A stretch of 63,032 bases of DNA, counting the filler, from Neoconidiobolus thromboides FSU 785 (Eukaryota > Fungi > Entomophthoromycota), in the NCBI GenBank assembly GCA_025603075.1. It is 8 parts of 8 records of this genome, joined end to end, with 100 filler letters (N's around TTAATTAATTAA, not from the genome) between each part and the next. Parts side by side here need not be neighbours in the genome. Positions count along the whole stretch, not along the records: positions 1 to 8,237 come from MU626688.1; positions 8,338 to 26,515 come from MU626569.1; 6 more parts are not named here. One strand, given 5' to 3'. Positions within the stretch are counted from its first letter, which is position 1; every line of letters starts with the position of its first letter. Under the pieces are notes generated by a model that was not told the DNA's origin, did no database searches, and saw only the letters and a list, made by a program, of their open reading frames with translations. The position numbers were made by a program, and so were the translations under genes. Positions 1 to 11,888 of the stretch are shown piece after piece.

Positions 1-462
1 TGAAATCTAGTGCTCAGTGATTGGAGTCAATAACAGCTATTTCCTAGTTAATTATACTGTAAGTTGAAAGGTCTTAGGTTACGTGACTAAACTAAACTTG
101 GTTTATGAAGAATAGGACGTAACAGACTACAGGCTATGTAAAACAAATAGAATAGACAATACTAATGTAAAACCTACATAAAATACTATTAGGAAAACTT
201 AGTGGCTTTATTAAATGTTTGAGATATCAAGGAATAATTCAGCCAAAAAGCCTCAAACTACTATACTCTAGAATCTGTTTTACGCCCTGAAAAGTACAAG
301 TATCAAAATGAGAAGATAATATTGTTTGGGATGAAGCTAGAAATTCTCATACCAAATCAAACTAAGAGTTTAGGACTGATTATCTGTGAACTCGAGAGCA
401 CAACAACCTAAGTAATTATTATGTTATAATTGGTCATGGAGCTGACAAAGCGACATTTCACA
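1..462 (-). mobile_element. Family-2 ~465-bp TG...CA element (solo LTR or non-autonomous DNA transposon), lacking 2 terminal bp at window start
   Basis: Reverse complement aligns along its whole length with 52758-53222 and ends in gacATTTCACA at 462. Confidence 0.85.
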
Positions 463-603
463 AAGGTTATTTATGTTAGTGATTAACTAAATCAAAATCC
501 ATCAAGCAATCTACTTTTATTCCCACAATTAAAAAACTAATAAACAGTTTTGTACTATAGAAAAAAAATAGAAAGTGAGATATATATGGACTAATTGAAA
601 ATT

Positions 604-707
604 ACATGGGAGTGTTTTTTTTAACTTCATTATTTTTTCCATTTTTAAGCACTATTTAAGTGGAGAAATTGGTAGTAAAATTCTTACACGAAAACACATC
701 CCCACAT
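604..707 (+). mobile_element. Family-1 MITE copy
   Basis: ACAT|GGGAGTG...CATCCCC|ACAT: a perfect non-palindromic 4-bp direct repeat around the family consensus body. Confidence 0.9.
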
Positions 708-1487
708 GTTAACTGACTTAGGTTGTTAATTGACTGGTAACTGGGTTTCTAAAGTGTCCTATGACAAATGCTCCCCCTATTGATGTTTACTAGTTTCATT
801 ATATGTAATGCTAACTAAAATTGAGACTGATCAAATATTGATGGTATAGTAGCTAATATATGACACTTTAGATATCACAGGGACCTCCCTGAACGATTTG
901 GCATCGGAAGCTGTACATCAGTAAGCCCTCATTTGACAATAAACAATTAATTGATTTTTAGTAATTAATATGGATAAACTATACTTGATATCTGGTTTCA
1001 AAGCAAAATAAAATCATAAACATTCATTATCAAATTAGTCCTGACTAATAAAATTCTCCTTTAATGTTTTTTTGGCTCTAATAAGGTTTAATTTAAATTT
1101 AACCTTCTGAATACAAACATTATAAAAAAATCTAATTTGATTATCAAACTCATTTTTTGTTAAATAAAATAAATAAATAGATTGTTTTATTATTACAATG
1201 ATAAAATAGTACTATTATGTTATTTCTTATAAATGTTATCATCATATTGTGAGTTTTATTTTGCTAGGGTTAACTTTTTTTAAAGGTTATTGATATAGTT
1301 ACTTTTTAAAAATAAGTATTATCAATTTTCTTACAAACAATCAAAATAACAATCAGAATTTAACAAACTTCTTTTTCATTTTTAGATTCCAATTCACTAA
1401 TAGTGACAAAATAAAATTTAAAAACAACTCCTAAAAGAATATAATAAGACTAAAAAGCAAATTTTATAGAATTGTTTAAATAAAGAT

Positions 1488-2521
1488 TTAAGCCTCTTTT
1501 TTAACCTCTGCACCTTCCTTGTTTTGAAGTTGACTAAGTTCATCTGAAAGACGGTTAAATTCCAAATCCAATTGATCAGCTTGTTTCTTTAAAGTTTCAT
1601 AATCCACTACTTTTTTGTTTGCAATAATAAGATCATCTCTTAATTTGGCGATTTTTTTTTCTTGATCCTCACTTGTGGATGTACCAGTATTATTATTGTT
1701 TAACTATTATTAAAAAGATTAATATTAAGATATTATAATTTGTTTAAATGTGATCTTACCTTATCTTCTAAAAGAGTTATTTTTTCTTCAGTATTTAGCA
1801 ATTCCATAATATTAGAATAAGTATAGTTAAGTACCCTAAATAAAGTATTAGTAAGCTATAATAAATAAAAGTAATATATTAATTACAATGAAAGGAATAA
1901 GGTAGACCCAGTTAAATACCTAAAATAATTCATTAATAAATTATAGTACTATGTTTTATATTCACTTACATATTACGTTGACTATAAAACTTCTTTGAGT
2001 TAATGTTGGTATCTAATCTTACATCTGACACTTTATCCGTATTTTCATTTTGTTCATTTACTCTTACCATACGATTAATAGAATCTAATAAAAAATTCAA
2101 TTATGACTCAACTATAAGGACTGAAATAAATTTACCAACAAACAAAATAAAGATGAAGCTATATTTAAAATAAAATAAAATAAAATAATTAATATTGAAA
2201 ATTTGTATTATAAAATAAAAACTTACACAAATACAATCTTTAAAGTATAATCAACTCTAGCAACCACATTTTTAGATACCCAAATAAGTGCGTTCCTACG
2301 GATAGTAGAAGGGATTGGAATCTAATAAAGGGCAGATTAAAAATCATTTACAAATCTCATTAGTAGTCAAATCGACTTACAATAAGCGCCAAAAACAGAG
2401 CGATCTAAAGCAGTAAAGATAGAAAAGAAAGAAAATTAATAATCGATCTTAATCAGAGCAAAACAATTAACTTTACCTCAGTTAAAAGTACAGCAAATAC
2501 CAATTGATAATAAAGAGCCAT
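1488..2521 (-). CDS. BCAP31: BAP31/BAP29 (Yet3-like) ER membrane protein, multi-exon
   Basis: Spliced manually: MALYYQLVFAVLLTEIALFLALIIPIP...FIFILFVDSINRM...KKFYSQRNMYLTGSTLFLSLVLN...coiled coil...YETLKKQADQLDLEFNRLSDE...KKEA*. Three TM segments plus the QRNMYLTG motif. Missed by the ORF track because the exons are short. Confidence 0.92.
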
Positions 2522-3015
2522 AATTGTAGAATCCTCTTTAATTTTTATACAAATATTCCAAAAGTAAATCTAATTGATTTTATTTATATGGGTATTAACA
2601 AAATGATGTCATAAATCAAACTTTCAAATAAGGTTTGACGTAACCATGACGAGCCATTAAAATACTACCATTTTCATTCTAAGAGAATTATGACTTCGTG
2701 GAAGTTTATTAGCTTATTATTAGAAACTTTATTAATTGAGTTCGTTTACGCGATATTATAGGTGCATTTCTTATACTATTGAGTTTAAAATTAGCTTTTT
2801 GGTCATTATATGATCCTTGCTTGAGTTTATTTTTTTATGTAAAATATCAATTGAGGGAAATAAAGTAGCCAATTATATATAATGGAGAGGTAGGAATGAA
2901 GACAGTGAGTTATTAATTGGCTCAATTTCATAAATTGAAATATCAAAAAAATAAAATTGAAGTTGAAAGATATATTTTTAAATACTATTTCACTTACTAC
3001 AAAGATAATAATAAA

Positions 3016-4775
3016 ATGAATTGTGTAATGACCGGTCAAGATAAAGTCGAATTAGACAAAGATTTGATAAATTTTTATAAAAAAAAATTTGGTAATGCTC
3101 TTTTATCTTTTCTAGAAAACCTAAACTCAAAATTAATGATAATTATTCACTAGATCATTTATCTGTTGAACACACTGAGCTATTAACACAAATTGAAAGT
3201 ATCAAAATCAATAAGGAATTATTTTTTAATTTAGATCTAGAAAATAAAAAACGAAATCAAGAAATATTTAAATTACAAAGATTGTTGTCCGAAACTCAAC
3301 TGGAATTGGGGAATGAGCAAAGGAGGAACTTGGTATTACAAGAGGAGATCGACAAGGCAAAAAGTAATATTCAAAGTTCTGTTTATTTTGCTATTATTTA
3401 ATAGGATTCATCGTTAGTTCGTGAAGTTCAAGATCGAGATTACATAGCTACTTTATTAAGTAAAAGTAAAAGTAAGGATAAAAGTAATTGGAGAGTTAAA
3501 TTCAAGTGAGTTTATTTTAGATAGTAATAAAATAATGATAAGAAAATAATAATATCAAAAAGTAATCGATATCAAAAAGAAGGGTGGAATGAAACCATTA
3601 AAACGAATTTGGAAAGCGAGAATCGAAGTTTAAAAGTCAAAGTTAGTTCCTTGGAAATTCAATTGGAAGAAAAAGTGAGTTCTTATTTTTATTCTATTTT
3701 TGATAAAGTTTAAGAGATATTCTAAAGAATTCACAATATGAGATTATGTATAATACCTTATATAACGATCGGCAAGCATGGCTAGAAGAAGATCAAAGAT
3801 ATAAACAAAGTGAAGTTCAAAAACAACAAAATTTAATAAATGAAATTGATAGGACTAAAAAGTTGGCGGTAGCAAATTTAAAAGGTAATGAAATCCAAAT
3901 AGAGTAACAAATGATCGATTTTAAGATTTTATATAGAACTGGTTGAATTAAAAAGAAAACATAGACAAAAGGAATTGATATTAATGGAAAATGAACTAAG
4001 ATATCAACAGGAAATTAAGAGGCTAAAAAATGGTAACTCAAGCGATCCAAATCAAACGATATTATCTTCAAGTTTGTCGTTTATTGACTCAAATCAAAGT
4101 ATGTTATCAAATAACAATCAACACAATAACAGTAGTAGTTTTCTATTTCATCATAATATTTATAGAGTAAGTGAAGAATTATATCATTTAAATAAGGATA
4201 AAAGTTAATGAGATTTTTTATTTAGGAAAAACAGTTTTCAATTAAAGATTATGTAAGGCAAATTAAAGCATTAAGAAAATCATTAAGAGATAAACAAAAA
4301 GAAATTACAGAGTTAAAGGTAAAAGCTATCGTGTACAATATTTAATTAAATTCAATTGGACAATAATTTTTAGTTAAAAAATATAGAACTTCAAAAAGAA
4401 TATGAAGAACACGTAATACAAACTAATAATAAAATGGATCAATTGACTCATAGGTAATAAAAATCAGATTCAATTATTGTTAATTGATATCATTACATTT
4501 CATTTTATTAGATGTCAATCAATAGATCGAGAAAGTAAATACAAGTTGGAAGGTTATTGTAATTCGATAAAAGATATTCAAATTGAAATAAGAAATTTAG
4601 AAAAAAGTTTAATGGAACATTATCAATTAATTAATGCTAAAGATTGGACTTGTTTAAGGCGAGGTAAGTTTAAAAAAGTTGATTTTTTCATTGAGTTGAG
4701 GAGTTAATGTTGTTTTTTATAGTACAATATTTATTTCAAAAAACAGGTCAATTGTTAGATAAATTTAAAAGGTAA
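3016..4775 (+). CDS. CCDC77: CCDC77-like coiled-coil protein, about 10 exons (start codon tentative)
   Basis: Canonical GT-AG splicing gives one frame: DLINFYKKKFDHLSVEHTELLTQIE...KRNQEIFKLQRLLSETQ...KIREVQDRDYIATLL...LYNDRQAWLEE...TNNKMDQLTHRCQSIDRESKYKLEGYCNSIKDIQIEIRNLEKSL. These blocks are colinear with human CCDC77 as recalled. Confidence 0.75.
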
Positions 4776-5226
4776 AAAAGTTGAAAATGATCCTGTTGTA
4801 TGAACAGTTTTTAGAATTTCAAGTGCATGTAGGCTATCTTTAGTGAATTTTATATGGTGAGTGACTTAATTTGTGTCAAATTGTAAAATAAATTAAAACA
4901 ATATTACATAAATATTAATATAACTTAAGTTTATAAAAATTCATAATACTTCAAATAAAAAATCTACAGCCATATAGAAAAAAAGATTCAAAGTATCTAA
5001 AATCAATCTCAGTTTTTAATTATTAAATTGAATAAGTAATCGGATGAAAGATTTAAATTTAAAGTTAAATAAAATAAAAAAATTATTGCTTTATTATACC
5101 AAATACAACTAAAAAAAGCACAATAGCTATTTTAAAGAAATTCATTTATCAAAAACAACTTATTTCAAACTATTAGATTCTAAATAAATGTAAGTTTCAT
5201 ATAACATAAATTCCATTAAAAAATAA

Positions 5227-5335
5227 TTTTATTTATTTTATTTTATTTTATTTTATTTTATTTTATTTTATTTTATTTTATTTTATTTTATTTTATTTTA
5301 TTTTATTTGTATTTTATTTTATTTTATTTTATCTT
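5227..5335. repeat. (TTTTA)n microsatellite
   Basis: About 20 near-perfect pentamer units. Confidence 0.95.
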
Positions 5336-5433
5336 ATTCTATTTAGCATCAAAATTTAATATTCCAAAACCTAAAGCTTTATTTTTTTTAAATTTCAATG
5401 TAGCTCAATGCATTTAATAATACAAAATCTATT

Positions 5434-5538
5434 ATAAGGGGACGTATTTTTTTATTCAAGAATTTTATTAACACTTTTTCCACTCAAATAGTGCTTAAAA
5501 AATGAAAAAAGTGATGAAATTAAAAAGTACTACAATAT
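5434..5538 (-). mobile_element. Family-1 MITE copy (degenerate)
   Basis: GGGGACGTATTTT...CCACTCAAATAGTGCTTAAAAAATGAAAAAAGTGATGAA matches the reverse consensus. Confidence 0.8.
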
Positions 5539-5919
5539 TGCTTTATCATTTTTATAATTAATTATAATATAATAATTGTTTGAATTGTTTAAAAATTAAT
5601 TACAGCCTTATAATTAATTTGGTTAGCTTCAGGTGATTTTGCTACTGAAAATTATTATATTCTTAAATTCAGGGATAATTAATTTGAGGTTTTATCATCT
5701 AATTATAAAAAATATTATTTTTGTATTTTAATATTTACGTTTAATAACTATAATAAAAAACAAAAAGATAAAATGGTAAAAAAATAAAAAAATATTTACA
5801 TTTTATCAAAAATAATAATAAATTAAAGGTTTGTATAACTTCAAACAAATTATAAAATTTAATGATTTCAAATACGAAGCAAGAATATTAAATAATACTA
5901 AAGCAATTATATTTAAGAT

Positions 5920-6353
5920 TGCGAAATATTGCTTTGTCAGCTCCATGATTGACTATAACATAATAATTACTTAAGTTATTGTGTTCTTGATTTTGAAGAC
6001 AATCAATCCCAAGTCTTTTTTGATTTACTGCGAGAATCTCACACTTCACATTGGAAAGAATATTATCTTCCTGTTTTGATATCCATACTTGAAGTTTAAA
6101 AGAGATTTTAGAACATAATAACTCGAGACTTTTTAATCGAATTGTTCCTTGATATTGTACTTTTAATAAAAGGCACTAAATCTTTCTGGTAGTATTTTAC
6201 ATAGATTTTACAGTATTGTTGTCTATTATATTTATCTTACATATTCTGTAGCATATTACTTGGTATTTCCATAAACTAAGATCTTTCGACTTACAGCATA
6301 TTCAACAAGCAATAATTGCTTTTGGCTCCACTCACTGGGTACCAGATTTCAAA
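5920..6353 (+). mobile_element. Family-2 TG...CA element, diverged copy
   Basis: TGCGAAATATTGCTTTGTCAGCTCC...GGGTACCAGATTTCA, colinear with 52758-53222. Confidence 0.8.
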
Positions 6354-6368
6354 TATATATATAAATAA

Positions 6369-7429
6369 ATGCATCAAAAAAAGAGGGATAAAATTCAAAA
6401 CAAGGCACCATTTATAAAACCTACTGATATTGAAAATCTTACTGGCGAAAACATAGATGAAAGTAGAGTTGAATTAACTGAATTAGTTAAAAAACCAGTA
6501 GAATCAAATATGAACAAAAAAGTTTCAAAGTTAGTTAAGCTCAATACTAGTAAGTTTACAATAAATAAATAAAACAATACTTATATTTAATAGGTGATGA
6601 GATTTTGGAAAGATCTGTGAATATAATGTCAAACTCAATAGAAATAAGTAAGTTTTTTGATTTAAAACAGAAAGGCAATTATTTAAAAGGATGTTTGTTA
6701 TATTTTGGCCCTACAACTTTAAAGTTGCAATTTCAATATGAAAGATTAGCTAAACTTACGGGTGCAAAGTGTACAATTCAGTTTAAGCCTAAAAAGATTA
6801 CCCACTTTTTATTACTTGATTCATATAAAGGGATGACATCTTATGATTCAATAACTAAAAATTTTGATTTTAAAGTAATTTCTTGTGTCTGGCTTGTAGA
6901 ATGTTATCGACAAGCTATACACTTAAATGAGGTAGATTATCCAAATACATATGATTTCAGCCCTCAAATATATTCTTTGTTACAATTTAATGAGCAGAAA
7001 ATTGCAAAAACAGGGTCTAATATGTTTGATGAATCAAACGATCAATCAGTAGCAAAAGATCTCTTAAGTGAAGATCTCAATGCTCAAAAAAGCCCAAAAG
7101 GATTTGTTTGTCAAGTGATCACACTCAAAGAACAGTTTTTTTTATTAAGCTACCACACTGCAGCAAGAATGGATGTATTAAATAACTGTACTAAAACAAC
7201 CATGCTTGCTCCAAATGTTAAGGCCAATGATGAAAATAGTGTTCCAGAGAATGACCCAAGATATACTGAAGCTATTGAAAAGCTTACAAACAACTTCATC
7301 AATAATGTCGAAACCATTATTCAAGGCTATATAGTCAAGAGGTTAAAAAAAAGCGATAACAAAAGAAAATGGAATAATTACGTTAACCATATAGCTATAA
7401 AAGTAATCTCCAAGTTGAAGAAAAGATAA
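6369..7429 (+). CDS. BRCT-domain protein, 2 exons
   Basis: A GTAAGT...TAG intron joins ORF 6369 to ORF 6605. BRCT features: YLKGCLLYF...LAKLTGAK...KITHFLL...VISCVWLVECY...LNEVDY. Confidence 0.75.
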
Positions 7430-7604
7430 AAAATAAGATTGATATTTAGTAAATAAAATAACATATTGATCGTGGAATTATGACTTTAAATATTGAATTC
7501 TATTTTTTGTTATATAAAATAAAAAACTTAGAAAATTAAAGCATATTAATATGTGTTGTTTTATTATTATTGAGAAATCTATTTAACAACCTGAATTATA
7601 TTAT

Positions 7605-7708
7605 ACATAGGGATATTTTTTTTGGCTTCATCACTTTTACATTTTTAAGCATTATTTAAACGGAGATATTGGTAGTAAAATTCTTAAATAAAAAATACAT
7701 TCTCATAT
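7605..7708 (+). mobile_element. Family-1 MITE copy
   Basis: ACAT|AGGGAT...CATTCTC|ATAT with consensus body. Confidence 0.85.
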
Positions 7709-8237
7709 CTCTTTTTATACAATTTAAAATAAGTATAGGATAAATCTTAGCCGATTCATAAAAAGGTATCCTTTTTGGCTTCCATTTTATATTCAAAAAT
7801 TAATTTTTTGATGTTTTCTTTCTATATCGTTTACCCTTAATCCAAAGTCAAATAGATTATAGTATTCCTAAGATTGTTTGGAACTTTAATTACTGCAGTC
7901 ATTAGTATAGATATCTAATAAGCTTATCACAATAGAATAATAGCTATCCTTTACTTGGTCAAAATCACTCATTTTAGATGACATACTATTTCCTTGTGAA
8001 AAGAGTCAGCCTAAGAAAGGGAATAGTTTGACAACTATTTTTGTAAAGTTTAGTAGCAAAGCTTTAGTATTAGTGCTTATAGTATGTCTATCTTCTTGAA
8101 TTGAAATAATAATGATAGTAAAGAGCTTTAACCTAAAAATACCTTATAACCTACCTTTAATACCTCCCCCATGAATTCAACTATCACAAATCTAATCACC
8201 TACGAAAATTGATAGCCTTGAAGCTATGATTTATACA

Positions 8238-8337
8238 NNNNNNNNNNNNNNNNNNNNNNNNNNNNNNNNNNNNNNNNNNNNTTAATTAATTAANNNNNNN
8301 NNNNNNNNNNNNNNNNNNNNNNNNNNNNNNNNNNNNN
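8238..8337. other. Artificial contig spacer
   Basis: N44-TTAATTAATTAA-N44, 100 bp, stops in all six frames. Confidence 0.99.
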
Positions 8338-9239
8338 GTACTAGTGGATGCACTTGATGAATTGTCGCTACTAGAAGTTGCAGTGGATGAGGTATTGTTA
8401 CTAGTGGTAGTTGGACTTGATGAACTATTGGTACTAGTGGATGCACTTGATGAATTGTCGCTACTAGAAGTTGCAGTGGATGAGGTATTGTTACTAGTAG
8501 TAGTTGCACTTGATGAGCTATCAACGCTAGTGGTAGTTGTACTTGATGAATTGTCACTACTAGTAGAAGTTGCAGTAGAAGAATTTGATAGACTGGTAGA
8601 GACTTCAGTACTAGTAGATGAGGTATTGTTACTAGTAGTAGTTGCACTCGATGAATTATCAGTATTAGTAGCAGTTACAGTAGATGATGAAGTTGTTGAT
8701 GGAGTAGTTGAGCCTTCAGTACTAGTTGATGGTTGAATCGATGAAGTTTCTTTACTACTGATAGACTCTATAGATGAAGTTTCCTTTGTGGTAATAGATA
8801 GCGAAGGTGAACTATTACTGCTTGTAGTAGATACTGTGGTTGTGCTTTCTGTAGTAGAAATGGTGGGTACACTTTCTAATGTAGATTCTGTACTTTTTGT
8901 AGTAGTTGGAGGCATGGGAGTTACACTCTCACTTGGCGATGAAAATGTATTTGAGGTTTCAGCAGGTTGAGTTTGTTGTTGGGTTTGGGTCGATGAAGTG
9001 GAACCTGTTTCAGTCTCGGATGACTTATTAGTACTTTCACTATTTTGATTTTGTCTTCTTAAGAGCTTCTTTACGTTGATCAAATTTAAATCATTGCTTC
9101 CTTTACTATCAATTATATTATTATTTTTAACTATACTATCTTTATAACCGTTTATCGTACCAATATTTATTACTAATATTATTAAGGTAGCGTATGTTAA
9201 CCATTTCCATACGGTATTGTTATTAATTAATATAAACAT
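8338..9239 (-). CDS. Secreted or cell-surface Ser/Thr-rich mucin-like protein, 3' truncated at contig edge
   Basis: N-terminal hydrophobic signal, KKLLRR Kex2-like site, S/T-rich body with 31-aa (93-bp) tandem units starting at 8338 and 8431. Confidence 0.85.
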
Positions 9240-11141
9240 TATGTAAAATAAGAAGATAAAAAAGCTTGAAAAATTCCATCTTGATACCTATGAGTGTTCT
9301 TTTAATCATTTGAGTTCATCATAATTTATTATTTAATGTTACTTACATGGTTATGGTAGATTGAGATTGTTAATTCAATTCCCTTTTTAATCCCTATTTC
9401 TTACCAGGGATGCTCCTACAAATAGAAATTTCATTCTTCGACTCTGGATTTTAATTTTTCAATTAACCTATAATCTTCAATTTTGGAACAAAATTATGAA
9501 ATATATGACAGATATAGTAATAAAAGTGAACTAAACTGTGAACTTAATTAATTGTAGACTGATTGTTTTAACAAATGATATTACACTGTAAATAAAAGCT
9601 ATCCTTTGAGTTTTGAAATTATATTAATACCATCCTTTTGTTTTTTAATCTAATTTATTCTCGAGTTGATATGCTATTCAAAATCTGATTTGTTATCATT
9701 TAGTTCCCAGTAATTATTAAAGTACCTAAGATAACAGACTGAAATTAAGGTAATTTATGGGTATTTCCATTATTCTTTTGTTTATTTATACTATAAAACA
9801 ACTCAATTTAACTTTAGTAATTATAGTTACTTATATATGTTTAATGCTTATCAATAGGTGCTAAAATGTAGTATTCAGTTCTATATTATATATTTAAATC
9901 CTTATTTGTAAACCAGTATTTTTGTACCAAGTTATTGGAGTAATAAATATTATTGGATAGCGAAGTAAACTATACTTTTATAGGCCAAGTTTTGATTTAT
10001 TATTTTAAACTATGAACTTTTTTAATAAAACATGTCCTTTACATTACTAAATTCTTTAAATTTTTTTGGATTGTAAGGTATATTAGAGGGCTACAGATAT
10101 AGCCCCTTTATAGAAATTCTGCTTCAACGAGCCTATATACTATATCTTTAAATTTAGTCCTTAAAGTTTCTCAGTATCTTTTAGCTTTTTATTTTAACCA
10201 ATAAAGTGTTTGAGCATTTTTACTTTTCTTAAGCATTAATAATCAATTGATTAAATTTATCCCTTTGAATTTCGTCATTTAATTTATTTGAGTAATAAAA
10301 TAAGTTGTAGCTTTTTAGGTAGAAATTAATATTTTAAAAAAAATAACAAACTTGAGTTATATATATGAAGCATTAGTGAAATAAACCATTTTTCCAATAC
10401 GTTTTAGGCGATGTCATTTTAAGGTGTTCTTTATATTTATCAGATAACATTGTATTTTTATTATTTTAAACTTATGGATTATAAACTTAAGTTGATCTTT
10501 TAGAAGTAAAAAAATCGATTATAAACATAATTCAAATTAGACAACAATTATACCTTCAATTTTAAATAATTACAAATATTGAGATAATTTATAATTTAAA
10601 ATTGTATAGATCAATTTTAGTGATATATATCTAAATATTAATCTAAGTAACGAGTCAATAAAATTGCTTTTTTAAATTAATAGCTTAAAGGTATTTAAAA
10701 GATAGTACAGTTAACATCATAACATTGGCTCTAATCTAACTTCTAACAATAGCTTGCTATAGCGTTAAAACTATAGAAATGAATATTAACGATTAAGACA
10801 ATACTATGACTTAAAGAATATTTTTGATATTAATTTGTAGAACAGTTAAGGTAAGGTTAAAAATAGCATATAAAATAAATGATTCAAATCAAAATGATGT
10901 TTTTAAAACAAATTCTAATTGATAGGTGTATAGAAATGGACTTGAAACTGTTAAAATTCTACTATCATTCAAAAATAAACATAAAGGTTCATACAAATAC
11001 AAAGAATTTTAGAAAACAAGTCTTATATTTGACTTCAAAATATACTGTAATAGACCATAACAATGAATAAATATTCTAAATCTCTCTGTATTTCTAATAT
11101 ATATGAGTTCGAGTTCTAAACAAATGGCTTAGAAAGTTCCG

Positions 11142-11272
11142 ATTGGATCAAGCAGATCTAAGCCAATCCCTTAAAGAATTCAGGGATAACTGAGCCAATC
11201 ACCATGAGTAAAAACTAATTAAGCTTCCAAGCGCCAATCAAAACTAAGCTCTAAAAATTTGAGGTATATAAA
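11142..11272 (+). promoter_or_regulatory. Four CCAAT boxes plus TATA upstream of the zinc-finger gene
   Basis: ATTGG at 11142; GCCAATC at 11163, 11195 and 11234; TATATAAA at 11265; ATG at 11307. Confidence 0.65.
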
Positions 11273-11306
11273 CCAGAGGCTTAGCTTCGAGCTTGTCACT
11301 TTTTAG

Positions 11307-11888
11307 ATGCATAATAACTTAAGGATGGAGAATAGAACGATAGGCATTAGTGGTAGCGCACGTTTGTTTTGCGGCAAATGTAACAAATACTTTCAAACTG
11401 AAAAATCCTTCAACTGGCACAACATTAAAAAACACTTTAGTAAAAATTTTCAAAAAAATAACGATGAATTGGTGTATACCCACTACGAACGTTGGTGTTA
11501 CCCCATCCGTTTAAAGTTGGACGATATAGATGATAATATTGATAATCCTATTCCTCCCCCGCCAAGTCCCTTGCTTACGCCTACCAAACCAAATACTGTG
11601 ATTCCAGGTGCTCCCCTAGGCGCAAAGCTCAGGGATACTTCAACAACAGTCATCGTTAACAATGAAAAAAGATATACATGTCATTTATGCGATAAATCAT
11701 TTAAACAAAAAGTGCACCTAACACGTCATATCAAAGAACATTCAGGGACAAAGCCATATTCGTGTAAAATATGTTTTGTATCATTTAAACGGTTGGAAAA
11801 TTATAATCAACATGTACAGAGCAAAAGGCATCAATTTACTAAAGCAAAATTGGAAGAGAGTGCAGAAGCTGGTGCGAAAGTTGCTTAA
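11307..11888 (+). CDS. C2H2 zinc-finger protein (3 fingers), intronless
   Basis: CGKCNKYF...HNIKKH; CHLCDKSFKQKVHLTRHIKEH-SGTKPY-SCKICFVSFKRLENYNQHVQSKRH with a canonical linker. Confidence 0.92.
   Translation: MHNNLRMENRTIGISGSARLFCGKCNKYFQTEKSFNWHNIKKHFSKNFQKNNDELVYTHYERWCYPIRLKLDDIDDNIDNPIPPPPSPLLTPTKPNTVIPGAPLGAKLRDTSTTVIVNNEKRYTCHLCDKSFKQKVHLTRHIKEHSGTKPYSCKICFVSFKRLENYNQHVQSKRHQFTKAKLEESAEAGAKVA

Noticed and set aside
8282-8970. ORFs 8282-8647, 8344-8736 and 8788-8970
   Set aside because: Alternative-frame or antisense shadows of the S/T repeat gene.
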